From: Azolla caroliniana
Lineage: Eukaryota; Plantae; Polypodiophyta
Direction: 5' to 3'
Assembly (NCBI GenBank): GCA_043228905.1
Contig: JBHGNT010000013.1
Location: 6,634,001 to 6,698,000 of the forward strand
DNA: 64,000 bases
This document shows positions 47,138 through 58,932 of this stretch, piece after piece. The notes below the pieces were generated by a model. That model saw nothing but the letters and a program-made list of their open reading frames with translations. It was not told the origin of the DNA and searched no databases. Position numbers and translations under genes: made by a program. How positions within the stretch are numbered: the stretch's first letter is position 1; every line of letters begins with the position of its first letter.

Positions 47138-48549
47138 CCTTCTTGGCAGACTATGATTTTGAGATAATCTTTCACGCTCAACACACGACGGCAGATGTCT
47201 TATCCCGTCGGTCTGAGTTCGAGCTCACTCCGGAGGATGAAGCCTATGTTCAGTAGTTCTAGAGTTTGTTAAAGCCTAACGAATTCTACAATTTCGCGAC
47301 TTGCTTGCTCCGGGATGACTCTTGGGTCAAGCAAATAGTAGAAGCCACTACGACTAACAAGTTCGCCACAGAAGTCAAGGCAAGTATCACAAACCCCTCC
47401 AATGAACCCAAAAGACCTGATTTAGCTCGTTTTACAATTTAGGATAATCTTTTGTATGTCCAAGAAGGTCCTTGTCGGACAAGGGTGCTTCACAAGTGTC
47501 ACGATGATCCACTTGTTGGTCATTTTGGTGTTGCGAAAACCTTGGAGTTGATATCTCGGGGATACTGGCGGCCACAACCATGGAAATTGGTCAAAGAGTT
47601 CGTTAAGTCATGCCATGTCTATGCTCGCTCTAAAGCATCTCATCATCGACTATATATGTCTCCTTTGCCCTCTCCCAATCCCCAAACGGCCTTGGGCATC
47701 TCTTTCCATGGATTTCATCACTGACCTTCCCTTTGTTGGTGGTTATGACTCGGTATTCGTCATGGTCAATCGCTTCACCAAGATGGCTCATTTTCCTCCA
47801 TGTGCCAAAACCATTACTGGAGAGGAGACAACCGATTTGTTTTTAAAAAATGTGGTTCGACTACATGGACTCCCAAACAATATCACTTCTGATCCAGAAC
47901 CACAATTTGTTTCCAATTTCTAGCGGCACCTTCTGCAAACCTTTAATTGTACTCTGAATCTATCTTTCGCTTATAGTCCGCAAACCGATGGACAAATGGA
48001 GTGGGTTAACCAAATCTTTGAACAATACTTGCGGGGCTCTCTTAGTTACCAACAACACAACTGGGTTTACCCTCTCCCACTTGCCAAGTTCACCTACAAC
48101 AACTCTCTGCATGCATCTATGGGAGTTACTCCATTTTTCACCAACTACGGTCTCCACCCCCGCTTCAACATTTCGCTTCCCTCTGACTCTGTCAATCCTT
48201 CTGCGAAGGACCGCGCACATCTCTTCGAGGATGTCCATCACGATCTTTCCTTAGAGCTCACCCTCGCTGGCGAATGCTACAAGGAGCAAGTTGATCGTCA
48301 TCACTTAGATGCTCCCTGGTTCGAGGTAGGAGACTTTGTTTGGCTTCTCCGTCGCAATATAGCCACCACTCGTCCTTGAACGAAGCTTGATTACAAGAAG
48401 TTAGGCCCTTTCCAAATCATTGAGAAAATTGGTTCCATCCCACTTTCGTATTCATAATGTATTCCATGTCTCCCTTCTAGAACCTCGCCATATATCTGAA
48501 ATCCCCAGTCGACACCCATCTCCTCCACCACCAATCCAACTCTCAACCG

Positions 48550-48715
48550 GAGAAGAACATGAGGTCGACCAAATTCTTGACTCTCGTCTCTTCTGTCGCC
48601 AGCTTCAATACCTTGTCCTCTCGAAAGGGTACCCAATCTCCGAAGCAACATAAGAGCCATCACATCATCTCAACCATGCCCCAGACATAGTTCGAGCATT
48701 TCATGAACGTTCTCC
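48550..48715 (+). pseudogene. G3 integrase C-terminal chromodomain (decayed)
   Basis: EEHEVDQILDSR..LQYLVLSKGYPISEAT*EP..HL. Confidence 0.85.
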
Positions 48716-51700
48716 ACAAAAACCGACCACGGGTCCAAGGAGGATAATGTCATAAACAATATGCCACATAGAATGGTGAGGGTTGAACCGATGACCTTCT
48801 GTTCTATGATTGAGCTACATCCATCTATGCATTATTGTATTGTGAAAGACTCAACTTATTTCATTATAGATTGATCACTAAAACTTTCAAGAACCTTCTA
48901 CAGAATGCATCTTCATGCACTCTCTAGAAGACTTCTAGCATTCATGCATACCTCTACATTCTTGTATAAATACTAGGGTGCACCTTGATTACAATCAACG
49001 TGAACAACACCGGTTACGAATGCATATACAATTCTTGTTTATTTTTCTATACTCTCTCTTGCTTGTTCTCTTGTCTATGCTCTCTCTCCCGCTATCTCTT
49101 AATATTGAGCCTCATCTATTTGTCCTTGACAATCTTGTGATCTTGCTTATGCTTTCGCTCTCTCTTAGTACTTAGCCTCATTCCACCCGTTTGTGACACC
49201 TCATTCCAGAGGTGAAAGACGTGCATCTTGATAAGTGCACCGATTGCTTAGCCGGCAAGAAAAACCGAACCTCCTTCCGGTCAAGACCATTGTGGAGACG
49301 GAATGCACCACTGGAACTGGTGCATACCGATGTGTGTCAAGTCGACACGAAGTCACATGCTGGATCGCAGTACTTCATGATGTTCATGGATGACCACCAC
49401 CGGAAGTTGTGGATCTCACCATTGAAGACGAAGGATCAGGTGTTTTTTATCTTCAAGGAGCTGCATGCAAGACTGGAAAGAGAAACCGGTCGGAAGCTGA
49501 AGGCAGTTCGAGTAGATAATGGAGGAGAATACCAAGGGTAGTTCAAGGAGTATTGTTGGTCAAAGGGAATCCGGCTCGAATTCACCGTGCCGAAGACGCC
49601 GGAATTGAACGTGTAGGCCGAACGGATAACCCGGACCATAATGAAGAGAGTCTGAAGCATGCTAGCACATGCAAAGTTACCCAAGACTCTTTGGGCTCAG
49701 GCGCTGATGATGGCAACGTACGCGATTAAGAGGTCACCCTCGGCACCCTTGGAAGGAGAGACACCACAAAGAGTATGGACCGGTGAAGATGTGTCTTACC
49801 GGCATCTGAGGGTGTTCACGATTCTCGCATACGTGCATTTTGCAAAGGACAAGAGAGACAATTTGGATCCGAAATCCCGGTCCTGTATATTCCTTGGATA
49901 CGGCGATGATGAGTTTGGTTATCGCTTGTGGGACCTAGTCGACAAGAAGGTGTTCTGGAGTCGGGATATAGTCTTCATGGAAGACAGGACCATTGTTGAA
50001 TGGGAGTCGGAGAAGAAGGTGAAGAACTCTAGATCATCGAATGAAAACCGGTTTGAGAACACAAGAACCTATCTGGCTGAAAACCGAAAGTTAGCCGGTA
50101 ACAAATTGACACTCGATGAACCGGCCGAATTAGAACAAGAAACCGAACCGACTGAAGAAGAGGAAGAAGGAGGAGGAGACACTGGAACCAGAAAGGACCC
50201 CGAATCAGATTCGGATGAAGAATAAACGGAGGAACCAGTAGTTGAAGACCAAAGGCAGAGATGCCCTCTCAGGGAAAGAAGAGCCCCCCAGATTTTTCTG
50301 GATACAGAGCACGTATTGTTGACCAATGAGGGGGAGCCAGAAAGCTTCGAAGAAGCAAAGAAAGACACCCACAGCCGCAAGTGGTTGAGTGCCATGTAGG
50401 ACGAGATGGATTCCTTGCATGAGAACTACACATACGAACTAACGAAGTTGCCGAAAGGAAAGAGGGCACTCCGGAACAAGTGGGTGTACAAGCTTACACC
50501 GGGAGACGCCAGAAATCCACCAAGGTACAAAGCCCGAATTGTAGTGAAGGCCTTCTAGCAGAAGAAAGGAGTGTGGACTTCGATGAGATCTTTGCCCCAA
50601 TAGTAAAGATGACATCCATCCGGACGGTATTGGGCATAACGGCAAGCATGGACCTCGAGGTAGAGCAACTGGACGTTAAGACGACATTCCTACAAGCGAC
50701 CTTGAAGAAGAGATCTGCATGCATCAACCGAAAGGATTTCAAAATAAAGGGAAGGAGCACCTAGTGTGCCGGCTGAAGAAGAGCTTATACGGATTGAAGC
50801 AAGCCCCCCGGAAATTGTACCGGATATTTGACTCCTTCATGACTGATCAAGGGTACCACAAAACGCAAGCCGATCACTGCGTGTTTGTGAAGAAATTTGA
50901 CGTAGGCGATTTCCTAATACTCCTTTTGTTCATGGATGACATATTGATCATCGGACCGAACCAAACCAAAATCGGGATGCTAAAGAAGGCCTTGAACCGG
51001 ACCTTCTCCATGAAAGATTTGCGTCCAGCAAGAAAAATCTTAGGGATGCACATTATCCGGGACCGGAAGAAGAAGCTATTGTGGTTGTCACAAGAAAAAT
51101 ACGTGACAAAGGTGCTTCAGTGGTTCAACATGTCGGATGCAAAACCGGTCGGATTGACGATCCCGGCAAACTGCAAGCTATCCGGAAAGCAAAGACCTAA
51201 GACAAAGGCAAAGAAGACGGATATGATGAAGATACCATATGCCCCTTCCTTTGGGAGCTTGATGTACGCAATGGTGTGTACCCGGCCAGATATCGGATAT
51301 GTAGTCGGCGTGGTGAGTTGGTTCATGAGCAATCCTGGAAAAGAGCACTAGAACATGGTCAAGTGGATACTCCGGTATTTGAAAGGCACCTCGAGTATGT
51401 GCCTCCGATTTGGCTTTGGAAAACCCCAACTTGACGGATTCACGGATTCGGATATGTCGGCTAATATAGATACCAGCCAGTCTACATCCGGATATGTTAT
51501 GAATTATGCAAGGGGAGCCGTATCATGGCAATCGAGGCTGCAGAAGTCCATTGCACTATCAACAACGGAAGCGGAGTATATGGCAGTTGTGGAAGCCGGC
51601 AAGGAAGTAATCTAGATGAAGGACTTCATCGGAGAGCTAGGGATCCGACATGAGGAATACCGGCTCTACTGTGATAGTTAAAGTGTCATCCACCATGCAA

Positions 51701-54700
51701 AGAATGCAGCCTACCATTCCCGGACCAAGCACATCTAGAGGAGATATCACTTGCTCTGGGAGAAGGTAGAAGATTAAGACATCGTGCTCACGAAGATCCA
51801 CACAAAGGAGAACGGATCGGATATGCTCACCAAGGTGCTTTCAACCGACAAGTTGGATGCGTGCGGAAGATGGATCGGATTAACAGGAAATCCTATGCCA
51901 GAGTGAAGGGGGACTTTGTCAAGAATTTGGTCCCTCCGATTGGGATCTGGAAGGGTTCCGGATGAGACTCGGAAACCGGATCGAGTGAATCCGGATGGAT
52001 CCGGTGCAAACCGGATTCAAGGACATATGTGTAAATATGTTTCATAGTGAGCCCATCGAGGCTATATTTGTAGATAGCCCAAATGTCATATAAGAATAAA
52101 TATGACTTAGGGCAATTACTTTAAAATGTGATGTGATTATTGTGATTTGTTGTATACAGAGAGTGTAAGAGAGGGAGAGAGAAAGATATAGAACTAGTTT
52201 CTATTTGTAACCGCCATTGGCGAAGACATAGAGGTCGAGGTCATTGCCTCTGATTCTCACTTTGTATTCCTCCTCTCATAGTGATAGTTGGAGTCTGTGG
52301 GCTCCCGTGGTTTTTCCCGTTTAGGGTTTTCCACATAAACATCATGTGTCATCTCAGTTTCAGTTTGTTCTCTTCTATTCCTTATTGAAGACTCGGTTGT
52401 GGTCGAGCGTTATTTCCGTACATGCCGAACAAATGGAGACGGGCGATCCGGATAGCCGGCCGAACGGAGAAACATCGACAAAGACGAAGATGGTTGGACA
52501 AGGCCGGTGACGACGAGAAGTGGAGACGGTGATGGCCGAGACATAGATGATAAGTGCGGGGACGATGGTTATAACAAACGGAGACGCCAGGATGAATAGC
52601 AACGGTAGGAGAGCTGGCGGGATGAACAGACAACAACATAGACGCCGAAATGTGGTTGGACAACAGCAGAGCGGCCGGAATGAGCAAACAACCAACGACC
52701 GGAGTGGAGGCCAAACAAGGTGATGGATGATGGCCGAAGCAATGGCCAGAACACCAACGATTGGGCGGTGGCAGTGCCGAACACAGAGCTGCCGAGCGAT
52801 GGAGACAACGACGGACAACCGACCCACGGGCAGAGGAAGAATGGGAAAATGACGTCGTATAGGGAAATGATGAAGCAAAGTGGAAAGAGAAGCAACGGTA
52901 GCATAATATAGAAAAAGAAGAAGAGAAAGATAGAAGAAAGGGAAGAAGAGAAGAAAGACAAGACGTAGGAAGAAAGCAAGGAGAAGAAAGAAAGGAATAT
53001 GGAAGAACATAGATGGAAGAGAAGAGATACACAACCAAGAAGATGGAGTCAAAGAGAAAGACAAAAGAAAAGAAGAAGAAAGCATAAACTGACACAGGCA
53101 GGTAGAAAAGACCAACAAACACGAAAAGAGAAGAAATGAGGAAAGATAGGAAGACGAAACAGAAAAGAGAGGGGGAAAAAGAGAACCATAATGAGCATCC
53201 TAGAATTTCGAAAGGGCATTGTTGGAATTTAAAATAAAAAATAAAAAATCACGAGGTTACATAATATAATATTTTTTTAAAAACCAAAGGGCCTCACCAA
53301 AATTTTGAAAACTCGCAACTACTCACACAAAATCAACAAAAGGAATATACACATACACACAATGTTTTTTGAAGACCCAAATGATGATACCAATGTTTGT
53401 GAATCGACAAAACGAGAATCTTCATGTTGAGGAAGATTCGCTGACCAAAAGAGATGTTCGAGTCAAGCGTTCCGATAGAGAGAGTCGATCGATGAGAGGA
53501 CAGATGGAAGTTCAGGTCGAGGAAAGATGACGATCAAGGCATGTGGGATCGACATGCGAGGCACTCTCCCACGGGCATGCCATAATGTGTTACCATACGA
53601 GCTGTATGGAGACTGAGGGTGGAATGTTATAATGTTGTTTATGTGAATGTCTAAATGTGTAACTGTAATTGTGAGTGTGAGTAATTACGTTGTCGCGAAG
53701 TTTCGCGTGCGTGTGTTACTTGGGCGGGACCACAGGGGTCTTGGACTAGGGACTACTCAAGGGAAAAATAATTATTTATTTATTTATTTTAAATCTTATA
53801 AATATAAAGTACTCTTCGAACCCACTCTACGAACTCACTCTACGAATCCTCTCTACAAACTCACTCTACGAATCCTCTCTATGAACGCACTCTGCGAACC
53901 CTCTCTACGAATCCTCACTCTATGAATCCTCCTCGACCAAGGGCTCGTTGCCCTTTGTTTTATGAGGTCAGTGGCTTTCGTTGTTCATGACTCATCGACC
54001 TTTCGAGATCACCGCACGAGCCAAGTGATCAAACGGGTACAAGCAAAGATGAGTACGCAAGATGAACGCACAAGGGGACGATAACACAAACACGAATGAT
54101 ATCAGCCAAAGAAATAAATACGTGTTCAATTCCAACGCTAGAGGACCCTTTATAAAATAGGGTTTGATTACAAAGGCAACTTCTAGTCAACCACAAGCTC
54201 AACCAAAACATAAATACTAAATGCCCTTAGAGACAAGAGCAAAACCAATCACAACGAAGATGAACACACGAGCACCACCAAAATGCCAACCCCAACGAAC
54301 CACGACCACCCAAACGGCGAGCACACGGGCTTGCAACGACAAACGGAGCGAAGCAACATCGAACCAACGAAGCTTGGGCTCATGAGCACTTCGAGTGCCA
54401 ACACAAAGAAGACGAGCACGTGGCGATGAGGGGTATGAAGAGATGAAGAGAAGAGGTGAAGAAGAAGATGAAGAGCTCCGAAGGAAAAATGGCGATAGTC
54501 TCCTCCCAAAACGTTCCCCCCCAAAATGAGCCCCCCTCGACCTCCTTTTATAGGAAAAAAAGAAGAGGGGTTGCCAATTTTGTCTTCAATGCAAAAGGAA
54601 TAAAATTCTTTAAATCATGTTGCATTGTAAGATCGGATTTGAACCGTGCACCTCTAGCTAGAGGTGAATGTCATTATCCACTAGCCCATTAACTCTACCT

Positions 54701-56672
54701 TTTATCTCTCCTCTCTCTTACTTTTTACACGAGCTTCTATACATCCTTTCCACCCTTTCTTTTTCGTTTTAATTTGAATATGCACAATTAATCGCCTTTG
54801 TGTGCACACACATTGCACATGCACATTTTTACCCCCCCCCCCCTTTACTTTTCCTTGTTACATTTTTCTATTTACTCCTATGTTACAATTTTCCTAAGTA
54901 TCTGTGCAATGTTGCACATCTCGCTTTATTCGTTCCTCTCGGGTTTTCTCACCATTGTCGAAAATCCTCACAACATCTGCCCCCACCAAACCGCACATCC
55001 ACCGATATGTACCAAGAAAGGAGAAGAGGTGAGATTTTCGACAATGGTGATCAACCAGGTTCCGTTGTGTCCTTGTTGACCTGGCTTGACTTCGTCTTCC
55101 ATTTCGAGCACGCTCGTCCCTTCCACACGAATCACCATAGCCTCCCGAGCCGCCAAGTTCTCCACACGTCCTTGAACCATCGACTCCATCTGATCCGCCA
55201 TATCCAACGTTCACACCTTCTTCCCTGATCGGTCCTCCCGAACAACATTGCCAATCCGGTCACTCTTCCTTTGTCCGCCGCATATGTCCTCCGGATGCGC
55301 TCTCAATCCCTTCGTCGCATGCTGCGTATGTCGCTCCTTCGGTTCGATTGTCTCCGCATCCCGACCACCTCGACGTTCCGACTCTCTCCACTCCACACTT
55401 GCCTTCCGTAGGCTCTTCCTATGTGTTGATGTTGTCCTCCAAATACACGCTCATTCTATGGTCCTTATGTGACCCTATTACATGCTCCTCGCTTCTCCCT
55501 TGCTCGTCGTATTCTCTCGCGGTGTACCCCACTTCGGCGTTGTTTGCGACTCTCGTTACCGCTTCGTCTTGACTCGTGCCCTCGTGGCCCACCTGGCTTT
55601 GCATGCCCTTCGGAAAGCCGCACTTCCTCTTCCCAGCACGTAGCCCTTTGTTCTCCGCGCACCTCCTCTGGTTTCAAAGACACATCCTTCCGCTCATGCC
55701 GTCCCTCCGTCGATCCCGGCACCTCACCGCTCCGTCCTCCGTCTCGTACTTGCCTCTCAAAGGCTCAACCAGACCGCTATCACCAGTCACTCGTTGCCGC
55801 TCTTCCGGGTGCATGCTCGTTCTTTGGCCCTCTATCGACCGTAATGCATGCTCCGTATTGCGCCGTAGTGAGTTACATGCTTCTCTCGCCGTAGTCCCAT
55901 CCTCTACGTCGACCTCTTCTCCCTTCGTTGCCCTAACCCCTTCCGACTCCGGCTTATCGTCTTGGCCCCGCTCGTCCTTCATTCCGTATCGGATACCTGT
56001 TTCGGTAACCTCGTCCTCTTCGACTTCCGACTCCTCACCGCCACCCGCCGTCTCCCCAGTCTTACGTCGATCCACAACCGCCAAAGTCTCTAGAATAGGG
56101 TTCCTCTTGTTTCCGGTCTTCCAACGGACCGTAGTCGTTGCGTCCGGTTGGTCTCCTTTTCATGCTCACCGGCTCCCACCACGTGTCATGGCTCGTGTAC
56201 CTCGACCTCCAATCATGTCGGCATAGCCCTTGCCCGGATCGGTCTCGGCCAATCAGGTTCCGGTTCGGTCGGCTCTCTTCCATGATCGTAACCAGCCGGT
56301 ACGGGTACAACCAAACAATCCTAGCCTTGTTGGCTCTTTTTCGGTTCGGACCCGGTTGACCGGACCCCGCTCCAATCTTCGTCCGCGTCATCTTCCGGTC
56401 ATGTCAGATTACCAACCGGTTCATCTTCCGATCAGGTCGGTTCCCGATTCTCCCCTCTTTGCCACTCCCGGCCTCCCTTTCGGTCCTTCCGCACGTGCCC
56501 GCTCCGGGCCTCGCATCCTCACCGTCACCGCCCATCTCTCCGGTCTAAGGTTGGTATTCAATTGCCGAAGTCTCCGGCCCCGGTGTTGAGGGATCTTCCT
56601 CGTTCTCGTTTCGGTCACCCGCCTTGCCACCGTCAACGTTCGTCACTCTAGGTCTCACACCGACTCTCTCTC

Positions 56673-57485
56673 CTAGCTTGCACTATTTGGAGATCTCGCA
56701 CCATCTCTCGATGATGCTTCAACCACGTTTCTCTCGGGGACGAACCTTGCATTTGCTTGCTGACTTTCTTGAGGTATTCTACCACCTTTGGGTTCGTGTG
56801 TCTCACTAATGGAGATTGTGGATGTTTGGCCGTTCAACGGAGACCCGTCGTTCCATTCCGTTCTCTTATCGAAGCGACTACAAACCCATTTTACCATAGC
56901 CCAATCTGTCGTGAGCCCATCATCAGTTTCGAGGAGGGACCTTACCTTCTCTCCGTCTCGTGCATCAACAACCTTTATGAATAGTAGGACCTTTCTTGTC
57001 TCAAGCACCATCCTATCGAGAGCCGAGAGTTGCGCGAAGCGCTTCTCAAATTCTTGTAGAAGTACCATAGTATTTCTCCCCTTGCCAGGAAGCTCAACCC
57101 ACTCCATTAGATCCCTTTCCGAAATTCTGAGTGAGTCATCAAGGCCGTACTTCTCGAGGAGTCTTTCTTCTAACTCCATCCAATTGCAATAGTCCGCTTG
57201 GATCTCGAGTACCTCTATGTGGATACTCGTCATTACCACTCTAGCGAATCCGGTTAGCCGCCTATCTTCGGGGACATTTCGCATAAGCATTTCGGCCTTA
57301 TAGGCATCCAAGTAGCTCATGATATCTCTTCCACTGAACCGACCCGTTGTGTTGACCATCGTCTCTATGGTCCGTCCTAGGCCGGTGATACCTTCTCGGG
57401 CATTTACCAAGCGGTTCACTGCCACTGCAATCGCTTCAACGAGCTCTCCTCCACGCATCTTGGTTCTCCCTTGCCGCCCTTTCAC
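56673..57485 (-). CDS. H1 gag-like ORF (start uncertain); truncated duplicate at 57733-58275
   Basis: Starts at the PBS; GRFSGRDIMSYLDAYKAEM..WMELEERLLEKY..FEKRFAQL resembles a Gypsy capsid. Confidence 0.65.
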   Translation of the reverse strand: MKGRQGRTKMRGGELVEAIAVAVNRLVNAREGITGLGRTIETMVNTTGRFSGRDIMSYLDAYKAEMLMRNVPEDRRLTGFARVVMTSIHIEVLEIQADYCNWMELEERLLEKYGLDDSLRISERDLMEWVELPGKGRNTMVLLQEFEKRFAQLSALDRMVLETRKVLLFIKVVDARDGEKVRSLLETDDGLTTDWAMVKWVCSRFDKRTEWNDGSPLNGQTSTISISETHEPKGGRIPQESQQANARFVPERNVVEASSRDGARSPNSAS

Positions 57486-57498
57486 GTCGGGTTCACCA
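57481..57498 (-). promoter_or_regulatory. PBS for tRNA-Trp (copies at 58271-58288 minus and 62441-62458 plus)
   Basis: TGGTGAACCCGACGTGAA, complementary to the plant tRNA-Trp end TTCACGTCGGGTTCA-CCA. Confidence 0.9.
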
Positions 57499-58392
57499 AT
57501 TTATGTCCCGAAGTTTCGCACACGTGTGTTACTTGAGTGGGACCACCGGGGTCTTAGACTAGGGAGTACTCAAGGGACAAATAATTATTTATTTATTTAT
57601 TTTAAATCTTATAAATATAAAGCACTCTACAAATCCTTAGTCCACGAATCCTCAATCTACGAACTCACTCTACGAATCCTCTCAAGAAGTGGATGAAGCG
57701 GAAAGAAGGGTCCAGGAATTGACGGCCAAAAGTCAAACTCTTTCTCCTCTTGCATCAACAGCCTTTATGAATAGTAGGACCTTTCTTGTCTCAAGCACCA
57801 TCCTATCGAGAGCCGAGAGTTGCGCGATGCGCTTCTCAAATTCTTGTAGAAGTACCATAGTATTTCTCCCCTTGCCGGGAAGCTCAACCCACTCCATTAG
57901 ATCCCTTTTCGAAATTCTGAGTGAGTCATCAAGACCGTACTTCTCGAGGAGTCTTTCTTCGAACTCCATCCAATTGCAACAGTCCGCTTGGATCTCGAGT
58001 ACCTCTATGTGGATACTCGTCGTTACCACTCTAGCGAATCCGATTAGCCGCCTAACTTCAGGGACGTTTCGCATAAGCATTTCGGCCTTATAGGCATCCA
58101 AGTAGCTCATGATATCTCTTCCATTGAACCGACCCGTTGTGCTGACCATCGTCTCTATGGCCCGGCCTAAGCCGGTGATACCTTCTCGGGCATTTACCAA
58201 GCGGTCCACCGCCGCCGCCATTGCTTCAGCGAGTTCTCCTCCTCGCATCTTGGTTCTCCCTTGCCGCCCTTTCACGTCGGGTTCACCAATTTATGTCGCG
58301 AAGTTTCGCACGCGTGTGTTACTTGGGTGGGACCACGGGGGTCTTAGACTAGGGAGTACTCAAGGAACAAATAATTAATTATTTATTTATTT

Positions 58393-58932
58393 TAAATCTT
58401 ATAAATATAAAGCTCTCTACGAATCCTCACTCTACGAATCCTCAATCTACACACTCGCTCTACGAATTCTCTCTACGAACCCACTCTACGAACCCTCTCT
58501 ACGAATCCTTTCCGAGCAAGGGCTTGTTGCCCTTTTTTTTGTGAGGTCGGTGTCTTTCGTTGATCACGACTTGTCGACCTTTCGAGATCACCGCACGAGC
58601 TAAGTGATCAAACGCACAAGGGGACGATAACACAAACAAGAATGATATCGGCCAAAGAAATATAAATCTTATAAATATAAAGCTCTCTACGAATCCTCAC
58701 TCTACGAATCCTCAATCTACGAACTCGCTCTATGAATTCTCTCTACGAACCCACTCTACGAACCCTCTCTACGAATCCTTCCCGAGCAAGGGCTTGTTGC
58801 CCTTTTTTTTGTGAGGTCGGTGTCTTTCGTTGATCACGACTTGTCGACCTTTCGAGATCACCGCACGAGCTAAGTGATCAAACGCACAAGGGGACGATAA
58901 CACAAACAAGAATGATATCGGCCAAAGAAATA
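58393..58932. repeat. 270-bp tandem duplication in H1 5' LTR, containing ~14-bp ctctacgaa repeats
   Basis: taaatcttataaatataaagctctctacg at 58393 and 58663. Confidence 0.9.

Larger units (their letters stand above)
38778..49198 (+). mobile_element. Gypsy G3 chromovirus (Tcn1/Tf1-like), degenerate; LTRs 38778-39243 and 48748-49198; contains A3
   Basis: TSD CCTCA at 38773-38777 and 49199-49203; [48 protein letters not shown]; PPT AAGGAGGATAA. Confidence 0.95.
36952..52422 (+). mobile_element. Copia D (older A-related), LTRs 36952-37529 and 51917-52422; degenerate gag-pol ~37545-38777 + 49204-51906
   Basis: TSD TGCCG at 36947-36951 and 52423-52427; decayed PBS TTGTATCTGAGT; PPT AGGGGGACTT; AEDNL|IPEVK joins across G3. 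Confidence 0.94.

Noticed and set aside
52375-53122. Hydrophobic 246-247-aa ORFs resembling membrane or env proteins
   Set aside because: Antisense reading of a GA-rich tract; open in several frames and crossing the D LTR boundary.
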